Part shown: one piece after another, positions 37,201-49,419 of the stretch
Layout: each line of letters starts with the position of its first letter
How positions within the stretch are numbered: position 1 is the stretch's first letter
Assembly: GCF_964355755.1 (NCBI RefSeq)
Contig: NC_092679.1
Location: forward strand, 23,667,432-23,731,431
Length of the DNA: 64,000 bases
Origin: Antedon mediterranea
Lineage: Eukaryota; Animalia; Echinodermata
Direction: 5' to 3'
Position numbers and translations under genes: made by a program
The notes under the pieces: generated by a model
The model's database searches: none
Told to the model about the DNA's origin: nothing
The model's input: only the letters and a program-made list of their open reading frames with translations

Positions 37201-40200
37201 AATTCAACACTGTAACTAATCCCTCACTATTCAATTATTATATTATTATACTATAAAATGGAATGCGTCATACGGAAATGGATTGATAATAAAACGTAAC
37301 AAATATACGTTCTAGTCTGGTTATTAGGTATCCATGCAATGATGACGAGGAAGGTTATTTTTGTAGCGTTCCATTTAAAATAAATTTGTTTACAAAGAAA
37401 TATTTTGGTTGTGAAAGTCTTTAAAATCGTTGACGCCAACATTACTTCTTTTACGAATTTTAACAATTAAGCTAACTAAAAAACATTCAACAATGAATGA
37501 TGCCCTGCAAATCTGTAACTAATCATGCATTCACACATGAACTTTGCGTAAAAATAAAATTCATCGACGAACGAAATTAAATATATTCAATCCTTTTCTT
37601 TATGCATGTTGCCAAAGCTAATAATCGATTTCAAGTCCATAATTATTGCGTTTTGCCGGGGTTTTTCCATAATCTAAGGCCAATTTCTAGGCCAACTCAT
37701 AATTGTACGTATAGTTTTGTATTTCCGTGTAGTACCCTATTTATCTTCATTTTCGTACGTCCGTAAATATTAGGCCAAACTTTGAAATAACCGTGTTATA
37801 CCAGTAACAGAGCAAAGTTTGCTTAAAACTTAAAACTTATTGTGTGTGGGTATATATTACATGGGTTAATTTGCCTCTTTTGACCCGCAGTCAGAAGCCC
37901 AGAATGTTAATAAAGTTCATATTTGACCAATTTTGATGGATGGATGGATGGATAGATAGATAGATAGATAGATGGATGGATGGATAGATGGATGGATGGA
38001 TGGATGGATGGATGGATAGATGGATGGATAGATGATGATGGATGGATGATGAATGGATGATAATGGATTATTTTGACAATGATTGATTTTATTCGATATT
38101 CATAAATAGTTAAAATATACAATGTACATATTAAAAAAGAATATCAGGATAACCCATTAAGTCGACAAAAAAAAGTAAACTTATTTCCAATGGGGTCCAA
38201 TCCGTATAAACTGAAAAAGTGAGTGATAGGGCCTAGTACAATATATATGATTAAGTTGGACGCAGTTCATTTCATTTTCATTTTCATTTTACTGTTCCAC
38301 CTAAAATATGACAAGACAAAGAAAAAACAGAATTTAAAAAACCTGGGTAGTTATTTGTTTATGTGAGGAGACTCAAGTAAGCCAAAAAAGGCTTTAAGGC
38401 TGAGTTCCAAAATACATCAGTTAATATGGAAAAACAAGAAAAAACATATAAAACAAGATAACATAAAAAAACAATATTATAAAATAACTTAATTAAACTG
38501 AGATTCCAAGTTGTTCATTATTAAAATATTCTTTAAGTTTTATTTTGAAGGTTGCATTATTTTGTATTGATTTAAGTGAAATGACGAATGATAATGAATA
38601 TTGATGGATGATAATGTGGACAATGATGGATGATGAGGATGATCATGATTATGAGGATGATGGATGAATGATGATGGTTGGATGATTGATGGATGTATGA
38701 TGATGTATGATGATGAATGGATGGATATGATGTGTAAATGATGGATTGATGAATGGATGGATAATGGATGTTGATAATAATGGAGGAATGATGGATGATG
38801 TCGATGAGGTTGAGGTGGAGGATGATGAAGATGACGATGGTGAGGATTGATGAGTATGATGGGTGACGATGAGGAGGATTATGAATGTGGATGATGGAAA
38901 AGGATAGATAATGATGGATATTGATGATTGATGACGACGATGACGATAGTGAGATATCTGTATGGATGGCTAGGCTCAGAATCGAATCCAAGTAAGCAAG
39001 ATATCTGATTCACACGGGCACTCTGGATCTTACAGTGTTACAACGCTTTCACACGGAATGTAAACACAAACAAAGATACAGATATCGATGTTTCTACAAG
39101 GTATCCATTTGTTGTAAGATGTGTGTAAATGTGAATTTGTGTACAAAGAGTAAGAGTTTAAATAGGCTACTTACTGATAACGTAGCGAATCTTTGAAACC
39201 ATTAGGAAAAATTCGTCGTATGTAATCTTATTGTCGCTGCCAACGTATCGACTCACTAGGTGCTGCAATATGGTGTCACTGGTTTTAAGACCTGAAACAG
39301 GATCCGTTGAATAGTAAAAAAAAATGGTTCTTCGTTTGCATTTAATAAACTGTAAATATTGCATACTATTTAAATATATGTACGTTCAAGAGTGCCGTTT
39401 TAAAAAAGAATAGGCGTGTGCTCAAATAAATGTATATACAATCATTAGTCATGTCGTACGAAAGGGCATAATATCAAAGTCTTAATGAATGGATGTATCC
39501 AATTGGAGGGAGAGGACTCGGTGAAGTGACGGGAGTTTAAAATTATCACACTTCTACTATCTTACATACCTGCTCGTGACAATGCATCTCGTAACTCGCT
39601 CACATCAAGAGTTTTGCTTTTGTCCTTATCAGCTCGAAGAAACATCATCTGAAATCAGAAACAAAGCTAGCCATAAGCACGTAGGCCAAGGTCTAACGCG
39701 AAGCTAAGTTTTAATGGATGTAGCCATTTAAACTTGCCAACTAACTTTGTATTGGTAATGTTTTACAACAAAATGGAGTCAAATCCGTCTCATGTGCCAC
39801 TGAGTAATATTAAAATTGTGATGCTTATATTTCTTATTGAATTTGGGCAAAGTTTATTACTTTCGTGGCAACCCATTCGCGAGATCAGAGAATATAACAT
39901 TATTAGCATTAGTTCGAGAAAACTTATGATTGACTTATTTTTATGTAGACTGTTTGTAGAGTACAGCTCTTGTAAGTAAGATCATCATTTCCATAATTAT
40001 ACCGTACTCTCCGGATTGTTGATATTTATAAATTATATTGGGATTAGTTAGCCCATAAACGTACATAGTACGTCGCAGCCTGTGTTCAGGCGCGTGTTCC
40101 GGATTTAAAATGAATAGTAAAAAATGTAAAATATATTTGTTTGTCTCTTGAACGGTAAAAGTTTCAATTTATATAAGCGCCCAGTGAAGCAGAACGAAGG

Positions 40201-43200
40201 CTGTGAAATGAGGCCAGATTGCAAGTGCAGCTACGGCGATATGACACTGTGTTTACAGAATAGGAAATTCGTGAAATGGTCAATGTTCCGACGACTCGTT
40301 ATCATTAACCATATTAATTACTTTTGTGAAATTATACTTATCTAATGTAATTTTAGTCGGTCTTCCCATTTATAAAGTCAATTTTCTATGAAAATTCATC
40401 AAAACAGTGAAAAATTAGATATGTTTGCACTTTACGTTTGCCGATTTTCGCACTGACTTAGGGAAAGCCTTCAAAATCAATGAAGCGTAACGTATGCATT
40501 CCTGCTGAGCGAGGAGAGCGAGACGACGATACACGTGCTCTACCTGCCCATGCCTGGCATGTCACGTGATAAGCAGATACAGTATACAATACCAAACTGG
40601 TCGGGTCGAGTATACCCCGTCTATAATCACAACATGAACGATGTACAGTATTTGGTTGAAGGTCGACTCGACCTACCGGAATGGTATAGATAATATAGCT
40701 CGAATGAGAGAGTTGGAATATTTGTAAACATAAGTATATTGCTAATTTTAACAAGCCTATAATACTTTATTAAAAGGCCTGGTAGTATCAATTCGCATAT
40801 AGGGTCTACTACACTAGCTAGCTCAATTTTTAACTGGGCCGAATCGGCTAGGTCTCCTTCCTACTACCTGGTCTACTTGCTTGATGCAGTATCTGCTTTT
40901 TTGGAGAGTAAACTAGGCCTATTTTAGGCCTACTTTTAGACGATCGAGACACCATACGTGCGGACGGCGATCGTACCTTTTTTGCCTCAATATTTACAGC
41001 CGATTTTGTAGAATGTTTTAGGTTTAGATTGTTTAGGAGTTTGGTTGATAGGATAGGTTTGGAATCCACCGAGTTTTATTATTATGGGCCAATCGTTTAG
41101 TAGGCTAGCTAGGCCCATGATGGGCCCCAATGTTTTAACGTAGCCATCGTGGCATGGAATCCCTAGTCAGAATGGCTCTCACCCATGAAAACAAATGATT
41201 TAGGCTAGGCCTAGCCTAGTACGTGAAGCCGATAAAACGATCTGTACGATTCGAGGTATAAAAATAGTATATAATTTAAGACTCCGTAATCTTTACTAAT
41301 TGTTGTATTTATGTCAAATAAATATATGCTACTACTGTTATTATTACACTTTAGGCCTAGCTTAGAAAATCTACAAAAAATGTATTTCACAATGATCGGG
41401 TGGTTGTCGTTTGACAGGGGAGAGAGATTTGAAGTTAACAAACACAACGTACATGACGTCGCGAGTTTGGAATCCACTGATGACGTGATTTTGTGAATAT
41501 CTCATGAATGTTAATGAGCTTCCCTAAGCTGCTGAAAAACAGACTTTCCATGAATTTACCCTAAAATGTATATGAAATTAATTTTTTTTTATTTCTCGTT
41601 ATTACTTCTTCATTCTGACATGTCTATATTGTTATGATATTTTTTATTTAATTTTTTAAATAAATAAACGATATTTAAAAGCAATTTTAAACCCAGAATC
41701 CCCCTTTAAGGGGTTCGAGGGTTAGGTGTTCTCTCCCGTGTTGCGACGTTGCCCTAGGCGTACGTCATTTCGCCAGCCCATTGGCTAGGCCTTGTTTTAT
41801 GTGTGGATGCGTTCGACCGCATCGTGTTGCGGACAGCCGGAGTTGAGGGCGCTGTCATTTTAATAATTTATTGTTGATAAGTTAGCTCTGTATCTTGAGT
41901 GAGTTTGAGGCTGTCTTGAGGGCGCTCTTTGCGCTTAATTGTAATTGTTGTTTTGTCATTTATTACAGTTTACCGTATTATTCCGTATCGTACATCGGAT
42001 GCAGTTTTACAATATCGGCGTTTGTGTATCGATCGTCGTAAAGTATCGGCGTGAATAAATGCTGTTCAATAACTGAGATTGTGTGACACGAGTATTCTTA
42101 CGGTTATCTATTTGAATAGCGAGGCAGAGATACGCTTCACGAGGTCAGAACAAAAATGAATATGATTTTTTGTACAAAATCAAATGTTGTCAATATAGTA
42201 GGCTCCTACTTCCTTTGTTTGCTTGTTTTTTTTAAGTTATCGTCCTGTACAATTGTGGACGTTAATAGGTATCATGCATATCAAGAAAATTGATATATTG
42301 GTGACTTCACAATTTCACAAAAGCTTATTATATTGAAATCTCCAGTTACCCGAATTTTTAAATAGTCCGCCCTGTCGCTCTACATGTATCTGTATCTATT
42401 ATTAGTCGCGTGCAACGCGACTCTACAGCTCACTATGTTGGTCGGTTGGTCGGTCGGTCGGTAAACACTTGAGCACGCGACTGCAGCCATGTATATGGCC
42501 TTGTTATATTAATTATTGGTACTTACGTCACAGTAAAATGACCATGCTCCAATAGCAATGCCTTCATTGACAGAAAGTTTCCGAGAATCGTCTTCCTATA
42601 GTTTTAAGCTTAAGGAATTTAGACAAAAAAACTTGCACTTCTTACCGTATACCATTAATAGATCTTATAGATCTAAGTCTCCATCATCCGCTTTATTGAC
42701 AAACAGGAAGGGTAGCATACACTTTTTGGCGCTCTCAATTTTATTTATTTCTAGAGACAATATACCTGTATACTCTCATCTTTGGATGATATGTTAACTC
42801 GTAAAATCTGTTAACCATTTTGATAGAGCATGAATTTCTTCCGATATGATGATGGTAGACGATGATAGTGCCTCCTTTGGTTACAGGGAAGCCTGATCCG
42901 AATCATCCCAGTTTCCTATTTTACATTTCAAATATTTTTGGAAAACTTTTTTAACAAAAGGATACGTCAAACAGTGAGGCAATAGCTGCCGACGTCTCAT
43001 GTGATATGTCAGAAGGAATGATATCTATAAAAAATAATATTTTTTATTACATTATTATTACATTATTATTATCTAGACATAGATGATCTTTAGAAACTGT
43101 TGAATATAATTATGCCAAATATGACTTTACTTTAAATGTTGCAAAATACACAATAAAGAATTTATTGTGTATAATAGTATACATAATAAAGAATTTATTG

Positions 43201-46200
43201 TGGCGGCGTACTGAGACATATAACATACTTTCTTGTTTCCAACGTACAAAGAAGTTATCCAGTCCTGAGTTGTCCACCAACCCGTCCTGTAAGATGTAAT
43301 TGGGTTTAACTGTTTACGACTGGAATGCATTATACCGCATGAATACAGCAGTAAGGGAGGCTACAGCACTTACAGTTTAAAAGAGAAAAAATTCCGAAGA
43401 ATTTAGAATGTTCTTTCACTCTCACAATGTTTTCTCTTCATACCATTTATCAAATTGCCTAACATTTGCATATCAACAGCATTAAAGCATATTTGTTGTG
43501 TTCTCTGCTTCAAGGATGTAGTGCTTTGTAAATGATTATATTTTATATAACAATAAAACAGTTAGTTAGTGACATGATTAAGTGGATTATGCCACTACTG
43601 ACTTACCTCTCCAGCATATTCTTCAAAGACTGATTGAATGATTTCAACCATCATTGGGTCAAGCGTTTTATTCTAAAATAAAGTAAAAAAATGTATGTCT
43701 ATAATTACAATCTAATATAGCAACAATGCTGCTGCTGTGATTGGTGGGTTCCTCTTCTTGTGTTTTGCCTTTGTTTCTGTTTGTTTGTCAGAATACTGGG
43801 TTCTCTGGGAAAACAGTCTTTAACTAAAGAGCTCCCCAGTAAAAAGAAGAAATAAATAAAAGAAAAATAAAGACATGTTGAATTATACAACTACAAGTAT
43901 TCACGGATGTTACTGTTTTGTATAGTATTATGACCACCAATGCATTTGGCCGTTTTGTAAACCTGATGTGTATTCTTCAATTGTATATAGGCAAATACCA
44001 TAATTTGTATAATAGATCATAGACAAATTCTTAAAAACATGCTAATGTTTTACTCTAATTTTTACTGAATTGAAAATAATAAATGTAACGAACATGATTG
44101 TGATACGGTATCACGAAACTTTCCTAATGCTCAGTCTACACTATCAAACTAGTTTGACAACAAAGTGTGATGTGACCAAATATGATATCATTATATCCAT
44201 TTATGTGCACATCACATTTGTTTTTGTCAAATAAAGCTTGATAGTGCAGATAAAGCTTAACACAAAAGACACAAATACTTTTTAGAATACACCTACCTCT
44301 GATAACGTTGAAGTGTAAAACGATGTGCTGTTTGCCGATCTAAAAAAATATGAATACTCAAATCAAGCTAGATTTTTTTTAGGTTTCCGTTATAAATGCA
44401 TTTACGGATATAGAAACTACCAAAATACTGTACATAATTGTGAACTATTTCTTGTAGATATGCAAAAAATCTGTAGACCATTAATTTTGTAGATTATTAC
44501 AAATTACATTGATGTTTTAGTTAATAATGAGTACAATACCGTATACTTACTTGGTCTTTGAAAAAGCTCTGCAAAAGAAACGCAAAAGGAACGGATATTC
44601 TTTGTCCTTTTCAAACGTTGAAGGAATGATGACGTAATTACCCGGACCAAGATCCATGAACAGAGCAGCTTCTCGTATTCCTCGTTTGTGTTCAAATGAG
44701 TGTAGTGGTTTGCTTGCTTGTATGAACTCCATATCCACTGGACATCCATTTTCTGTCTGTGAGTTAAAAACTATTAGTGTAACTAATAATAAAGAGGGTA
44801 CAACAACAGAATATTACGAAGAAAAAAATTAGAAGATGTATAAAAAATGGAAAAGAATGAATGAATAAAGGTGTTAACCACGAAAGATTTAAAAAAAATT
44901 GTAATTGTAACTATTTTAATTTTTTGCTATTTAATCTGAATATTGCTTTCTGTAGCGCTTTGACCATATTTGGTGGAAAAGTGACCACAAGTATTTAATG
45001 TTCATCTGAAACATGCTCCAGCTGAAACAGTACAATTCCGGCACTAGTAAAGGCCAACCAATTTCATTGATCTACCTAGTTTCTCACATTTTGGATTTCC
45101 AGTAATTAACCTAAAGGTATTTATGTAGTTAAAGGATCTCAATGGAAATAAGATAATACGCCTTTTGGGATATCCTGGAAAGTATGTCATAAATGTGTTT
45201 ATTTGTAACTTATGTTATCACTTTGTATGTATGATTATAATTTCCTGATAAATACAAATCAAATCATGTTGGTAATGTCAAAACAATGAATGAATATTAA
45301 TCAAAATGGTGTGTCACGATCAAATTAATTCGTGAATCATTAAAACTAAATTCAGTAACTATTTTTAAGACAATTTAGAAAAAAATTACTTTGTACATAT
45401 CAAACCCGAGATCAGAGTCTTCCCACCCGGATTCTTCTCTGTCTTTGCCAACTGCCATCAGAGAGACAACCACTAAATCACCATTATTGTCAACTTGTAT
45501 GTTGTACTGGGGGTTCTTGTGGAAATCTAAGGAAAGAGAGTGCAGTAGTATAATTTGCTTGTTACACACGAAACACAATCATGCAGGGCACTTTGAAGAA
45601 CTCATCTGTTTTTAGAAGATAACAATCGTAGAAGATTTTTTTTAATTTCCATTTTTAATGGTTTAGTTAGATTGTAAATTGAAACGAATTTAAGAAGATG
45701 TGATTTCGCGCTAGAGAGTGAGTCAACCGCTAATTGTAGGCCTACGGTTTGATGAAGATGTAATTTTTTGAAAATGTAATTGCACACCAGAGATCCTTGG
45801 GTAATGCCCAACTATTGGAGGAGATGAAATTACATAGAGGTGAGTTTCTTTGTAATTTTACTACCAATTTTTTGATATTGTATCTTTTTATTTGTTGCAT
45901 ACTTTCTTTATTATTTTCATAACGTCCCATAGCAGTTGAACCTTTTTGCCATTTATTCAAATGTTCAGTCACGTGCCATTTCACATCTTTGTCAGACAGC
46001 TCTGGTGGGATGTGAAGAATTCTCAGCTCGTTGAATCTGTGCAGGATGTCTTTGAGAACCATCCTTAAATAAATGAAGCAAATGAATTTTTTAATGCGCT
46101 GTTAAAATATTGGGGATGAGGTCAATATAATCATGGTCGCATGCGTCTAAATTTTAATTCTCAGTCGGCACGGTTAGTGCCATAGACAATAATTGGTTTC

Positions 46201-49200
46201 TATTGCGTGTGCTCGGTCCGTGCGACAAATCCACTATCTTGTTTTCTATTCGTTTGCCAATACAAAGCATTACATAGACGCACGGTCAACCGAGCCGATG
46301 GATATAATGATATAGCACGACCGATAGTCTATTCCTAGTTTAGCTTCGGTTGAGTACAGTGGCTCACTTACCAGAAATCACCATCGAGCTCACTTTTTAT
46401 ACCAAACTTTTTCATGGTATCTTTATCCAAAGATTTCATTTCTTCTGACCTAAGATGTTAATGTAAATTGTTACGTTGTAATATGAATTGTTTTCGTTCA
46501 TAAACAAAAAAATTAATAAAATTAATTGTACCTGACGTAACTTTATGACGATAACTCGTAACGAAAACTAGACGGTACAATAGTAGGCCTAAACTATTCC
46601 AAAAGGGACTAAAAAAGAGATTTTTTAATTATGCAAACAACCAAAGGTTTGTATGTAGGCCTCTCTTGTGAGCAATATATTTCTTACTTGTCACCCCATG
46701 GTCCAGTCCATTCACAGCGTTCTGTGCTTAGAATTCTGATGATACTTGCAGAGTTCATTTTACCATTGTTGTCATACGTTACCTAAAAGTTCACAATAAG
46801 ATAAGAAATGAAAGGATTTTTGACTTATCGGTGTTGTAATATACAACTAATAAATAAATTATGACAACAAAAAAACAATTTCATGAGGTGAAAGATGAAA
46901 GCATATATTTTCAGAAGGCGAATGAAATTATTTTGATATATTGAACGAACATTATTTGTTTATAACAGACCATTCAAAATGAGACAACGTTCACATTTTT
47001 AACATTGAAATAGAACAATTAGGCGGCGCACACAGCCATATAATAATAATTGATCGAACGTGATCAGTCAACAACAGCCTGTGGGTGCACTGTGGAACTA
47101 AAATGAACGCGCAAAACGAAATGCAGTAGCCGCATAATAATATAACGAAATCGCACTCTCGATTACGAAATTAGAAGTTAAATAGAATATTATTATTTAT
47201 CTTTCAATCAAATTAAAATGGTCGATACGTTCTTATTGCATCATTATGATATCTATTGCTGCGTTGTATGATTGAAAACAGGAACACATCAAAATACCTA
47301 GGTAGCTTTAAATAAAACGTTATTTGAAATCATTGAAGTTACCAAATCTTGTAATTGAAAGTTGAGTTAAATGTAGAATTAACATATATCGTATTAAAAA
47401 GACGTGTAAAGGTTAATACAAAAGTTAATGTAAATTATAAACCCACGTGTTTTACACTTCCAGATAGAATGTACATGCTCTGTAGTTGAAGACCGCACAA
47501 ATCAAGATTCTCGTCATTTAAAAGGCCGGTCACAAGAGATCCAGTTTTTCTCCACATCATCAACTTGGAACGAAGTATAGCCTCTGTGAAGTCAGACATA
47601 TCTACTCTCTCAACAGTACCACCAGATAGATCAATCAAAGCTTCAGGGATATCAAATGTACAATCCATCGCCTCGTAACGTAATAAAAGCCTTCATTATA
47701 AAACAAAAACAAAATATGTTGTTTGTTTGTTAGTTTGTTAATAGGATGGATAGTCAGCAGTGTCCTTTTCACTCGAGCTACTGTGAAAACTACTCAGTTC
47801 TCATAATATGAGAGCTTTTCAAAGTGCTGGAGAATGGAGCAGTGACAAGGGTTTTCCTGCGCTATCTTCAGATTGAATTTTGTTATTTTAAGAATGTTTC
47901 TCTTTGTTGGTGTAAACTATTTGTATTAGGTGCTATAAGACTATCATTATCAAATTAGCAAACTACTATTCTGTTCCCCTTAAAAAGCACGATCCATGTC
48001 AACATGTATGAGCATGGATACAATTATTCATGGTAGACCTAGTTTCCCAAAAGCTTAATTTTGATTTAAGGAGTGTAAGTTGAGATGGAATTGAAGTTTT
48101 GAAGAATATACGGTAATTTTGATTATAACTGTACCCTTAGGCTTCACAACGTTGTTTCTAAAATCTAAAGTAGTTACACGTTTTGATACTGCAGAAGTTG
48201 GAATATGCATTGTCTTTGGTAGAGGGAGGTAATCATGATAAAAATGATCATAAACAGATACGATTCTTTTCAAAGTGTTTAAGCATTTAGGACTTTATTA
48301 TTTTATCTCGGGTATTGTTGTGATGGTGACTTGCAGTAAAAGTGTAAAAGAACACTTACTTTGCCAATGCCTTTTCCATGAGAGGAGCCCAGAATTCATC
48401 TTTTGATTGGCAGTGACTGAACATCAGTTTACCATCCAGTGTTGGCAGTTGATCGTCAATGACAATTTCATACCAGGATCCAAATCTCCAAAATCTGAAT
48501 CTAAAGATGCCTTTATAGTCGTCTTTGAACGACTGTTCTGGACAGACGTAGTTGAGTACGGACGGAACAAGCGTCATCCCTGCCAATGCATTCATGAATG
48601 ACGCGTTTGCTGTAGGAAAATTGAGTGAACTCAAACGTTACAGTGTAGTTTGTTGCAAAGCGTTTCGCCTCCATTGCCTATTAATTGTAAAAGAACTTTA
48701 TACTGAATTTATAAATTAAAGACGCCAAAGTCTTACCAAGGCCCTCGTCTCTGGCTAAAATAACCTCATTAAAGGATGCTCCATCTTTAAAAAAGAAGGG
48801 TTCCTGCTTGCCTTCTAAGATTTCCTAAGAGAAAACACGGTTTTGTCAGTTTATTTTTGGATGGAATCCAAATGTTAGGCCTAGTTAAAAGGCAGCAGAT
48901 TGAAATTTTCTAGCTAGCTTCTATGCCCTAGGCCGTTGCAAATAAACATTGTGTGGGTTCCATGGAGTAGTTACTTCCATATAGTTACCGCCTTAATAAA
49001 TTATGGCGAATAATATTGCATACCCATGAATATGCCTAGTACAATTGATAATGTTAGTTATTGTAAGTAGTACTATTTATATTGAATAGAAACGCTTACT
49101 TTTGGACGTAGCCACCTGATGTCATTTCGCCTCTCGTATAAGTCAAACAAATATGTATCTTCTTTAATGAATATAGACTCGTTACATGCCTTAAAACATG

Positions 49201-49297
49201 GATCTTTGAATAGGTTGTCCCTATTGTACTGACTATCTTCTATCAGATCGGCGTAGTTTTGGCCACAAATTGTGTTTAATTTGATGGACTTAGCCAT
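34278..49297 (-). CDS. Calpain-family gene copy A (CysPc + C2L/CBSW + penta-EF-hand), 18 coding exons, 677 aa, catalytically dead (pseudo-calpain)
   Basis: Manual exons: 49297-49100, 48824-48737, 48609-48360, 47690-47447, 46782-46688, 46449-46372, 46063-45903, 45526-45390, 44756-44551, 44339-44297, 43672-43607, 43286-43229, 43024-42966, 42595-42527, 39648-39570, 39291-39175, 34863-34805, 34304-34278. All introns are GT-AG with matching phases; total 2034 nt, no internal stop seen. Calpain motifs: [83 protein letters not shown]-hand [12 protein letters not shown]. Confidence 0.9.
34880..35640. repeat. (GGAT)/(GAT)n low-complexity tract in calpain A intron 16
   Basis: Seen directly; similar tracts at 37935-38070, 38580-38950 and in copy B at 53290-53575. 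Confidence 0.95.
35670..37827 (+). repeat. Diverged direct duplication of about 1 kb inside intron 16 of copy A, including a 70-bp triplication
   Basis: 35670-36625 aligns with 36668-37827. CTAGTAACACTGTTATGCGTGGGTAATTTGTGAATGAC occurs three times at 36691-36910. The segment is absent from copy B. Confidence 0.85.
38266..38572 (-). mobile_element. Very short 3' end of a CR1/L2-group LINE
   Basis: The minus strand encodes ...[13 protein letters not shown]..., then a 3'UTR and a (GAAAAT)n tail. Confidence 0.45.
39817..42152 (+). mobile_element. Solo LTR (about 735 bp) in calpain A intron 14, itself interrupted
   Basis: TGTG...AACA ends with a 5-bp TSD AAAAT at 39812-39816 and 42153-42157. Copy B has the empty site (TAATATTAAAATGAATATG, about 54446-54464). 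AATAAA at 42054. Confidence 0.75.
40109..41705. mobile_element. Kolobok-type non-autonomous element nested in the solo LTR; left TIR apparently deleted
   Basis: Right end ACCCAGAATCCCCCT|TTAA (41706-41709). The left boundary is inferred at TTAA 40105-40108. The interior is AGGCCTAG-rich, like 3053-5897. Confidence 0.5.
42400..42505 (+). mobile_element. HINE/DINE-1-like (Helentron-associated) insertion specific to calpain A intron 14
   Basis: AGTCGCGTGCAACGCGACT, (CGGT)n, CACGCGACT...GGCCTTGTT; absent from copy B; same family as 18570-18685. Confidence 0.7.
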
Positions 49298-49419
49298 GTC
49301 TCAATAGACTTATAATCCAAAATGAATCGTAATATCAGATGAGAGCAGCTTTAATACTGAACAAACCACCACATCATTACAATAAAAGCTATTGTATTTT
49401 CATTGGGTTATTATGATTG
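43835..49419. repeat. Near-identical segmental repeat of 58416-64000 (calpain exons 1-10 with introns)
   Basis: Constant offset of 14581; by eye only one substitution was noticed (46987 A versus 61568 G). Confidence 0.95.
44128..44257. mobile_element. Palindromic Harbinger-type MITE in intron 10 (also at 58709-58838)
   Basis: TAA|TGCTCAGTCTACACTATCAAACT ... AGCTTGATAGTGCAGATAAAGCT|TAA, with internal inverted GTGTGATGTG/CACATCACA. Confidence 0.55.

Noticed and set aside
34864-38991. His/Ile/Ser/Pro-rich ORFs on the minus strand
   Set aside because: They translate the (GGAT/GAT)n intronic microsatellite; only 34805-34863 is a real exon.
48407-48601. Plus-strand ORFs antisense to calpain exons and LINE RTs (also 45391-45615, 9925-10128, 57429-57695)
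   Set aside because: Shadow ORFs of real coding sequence on the opposite strand.
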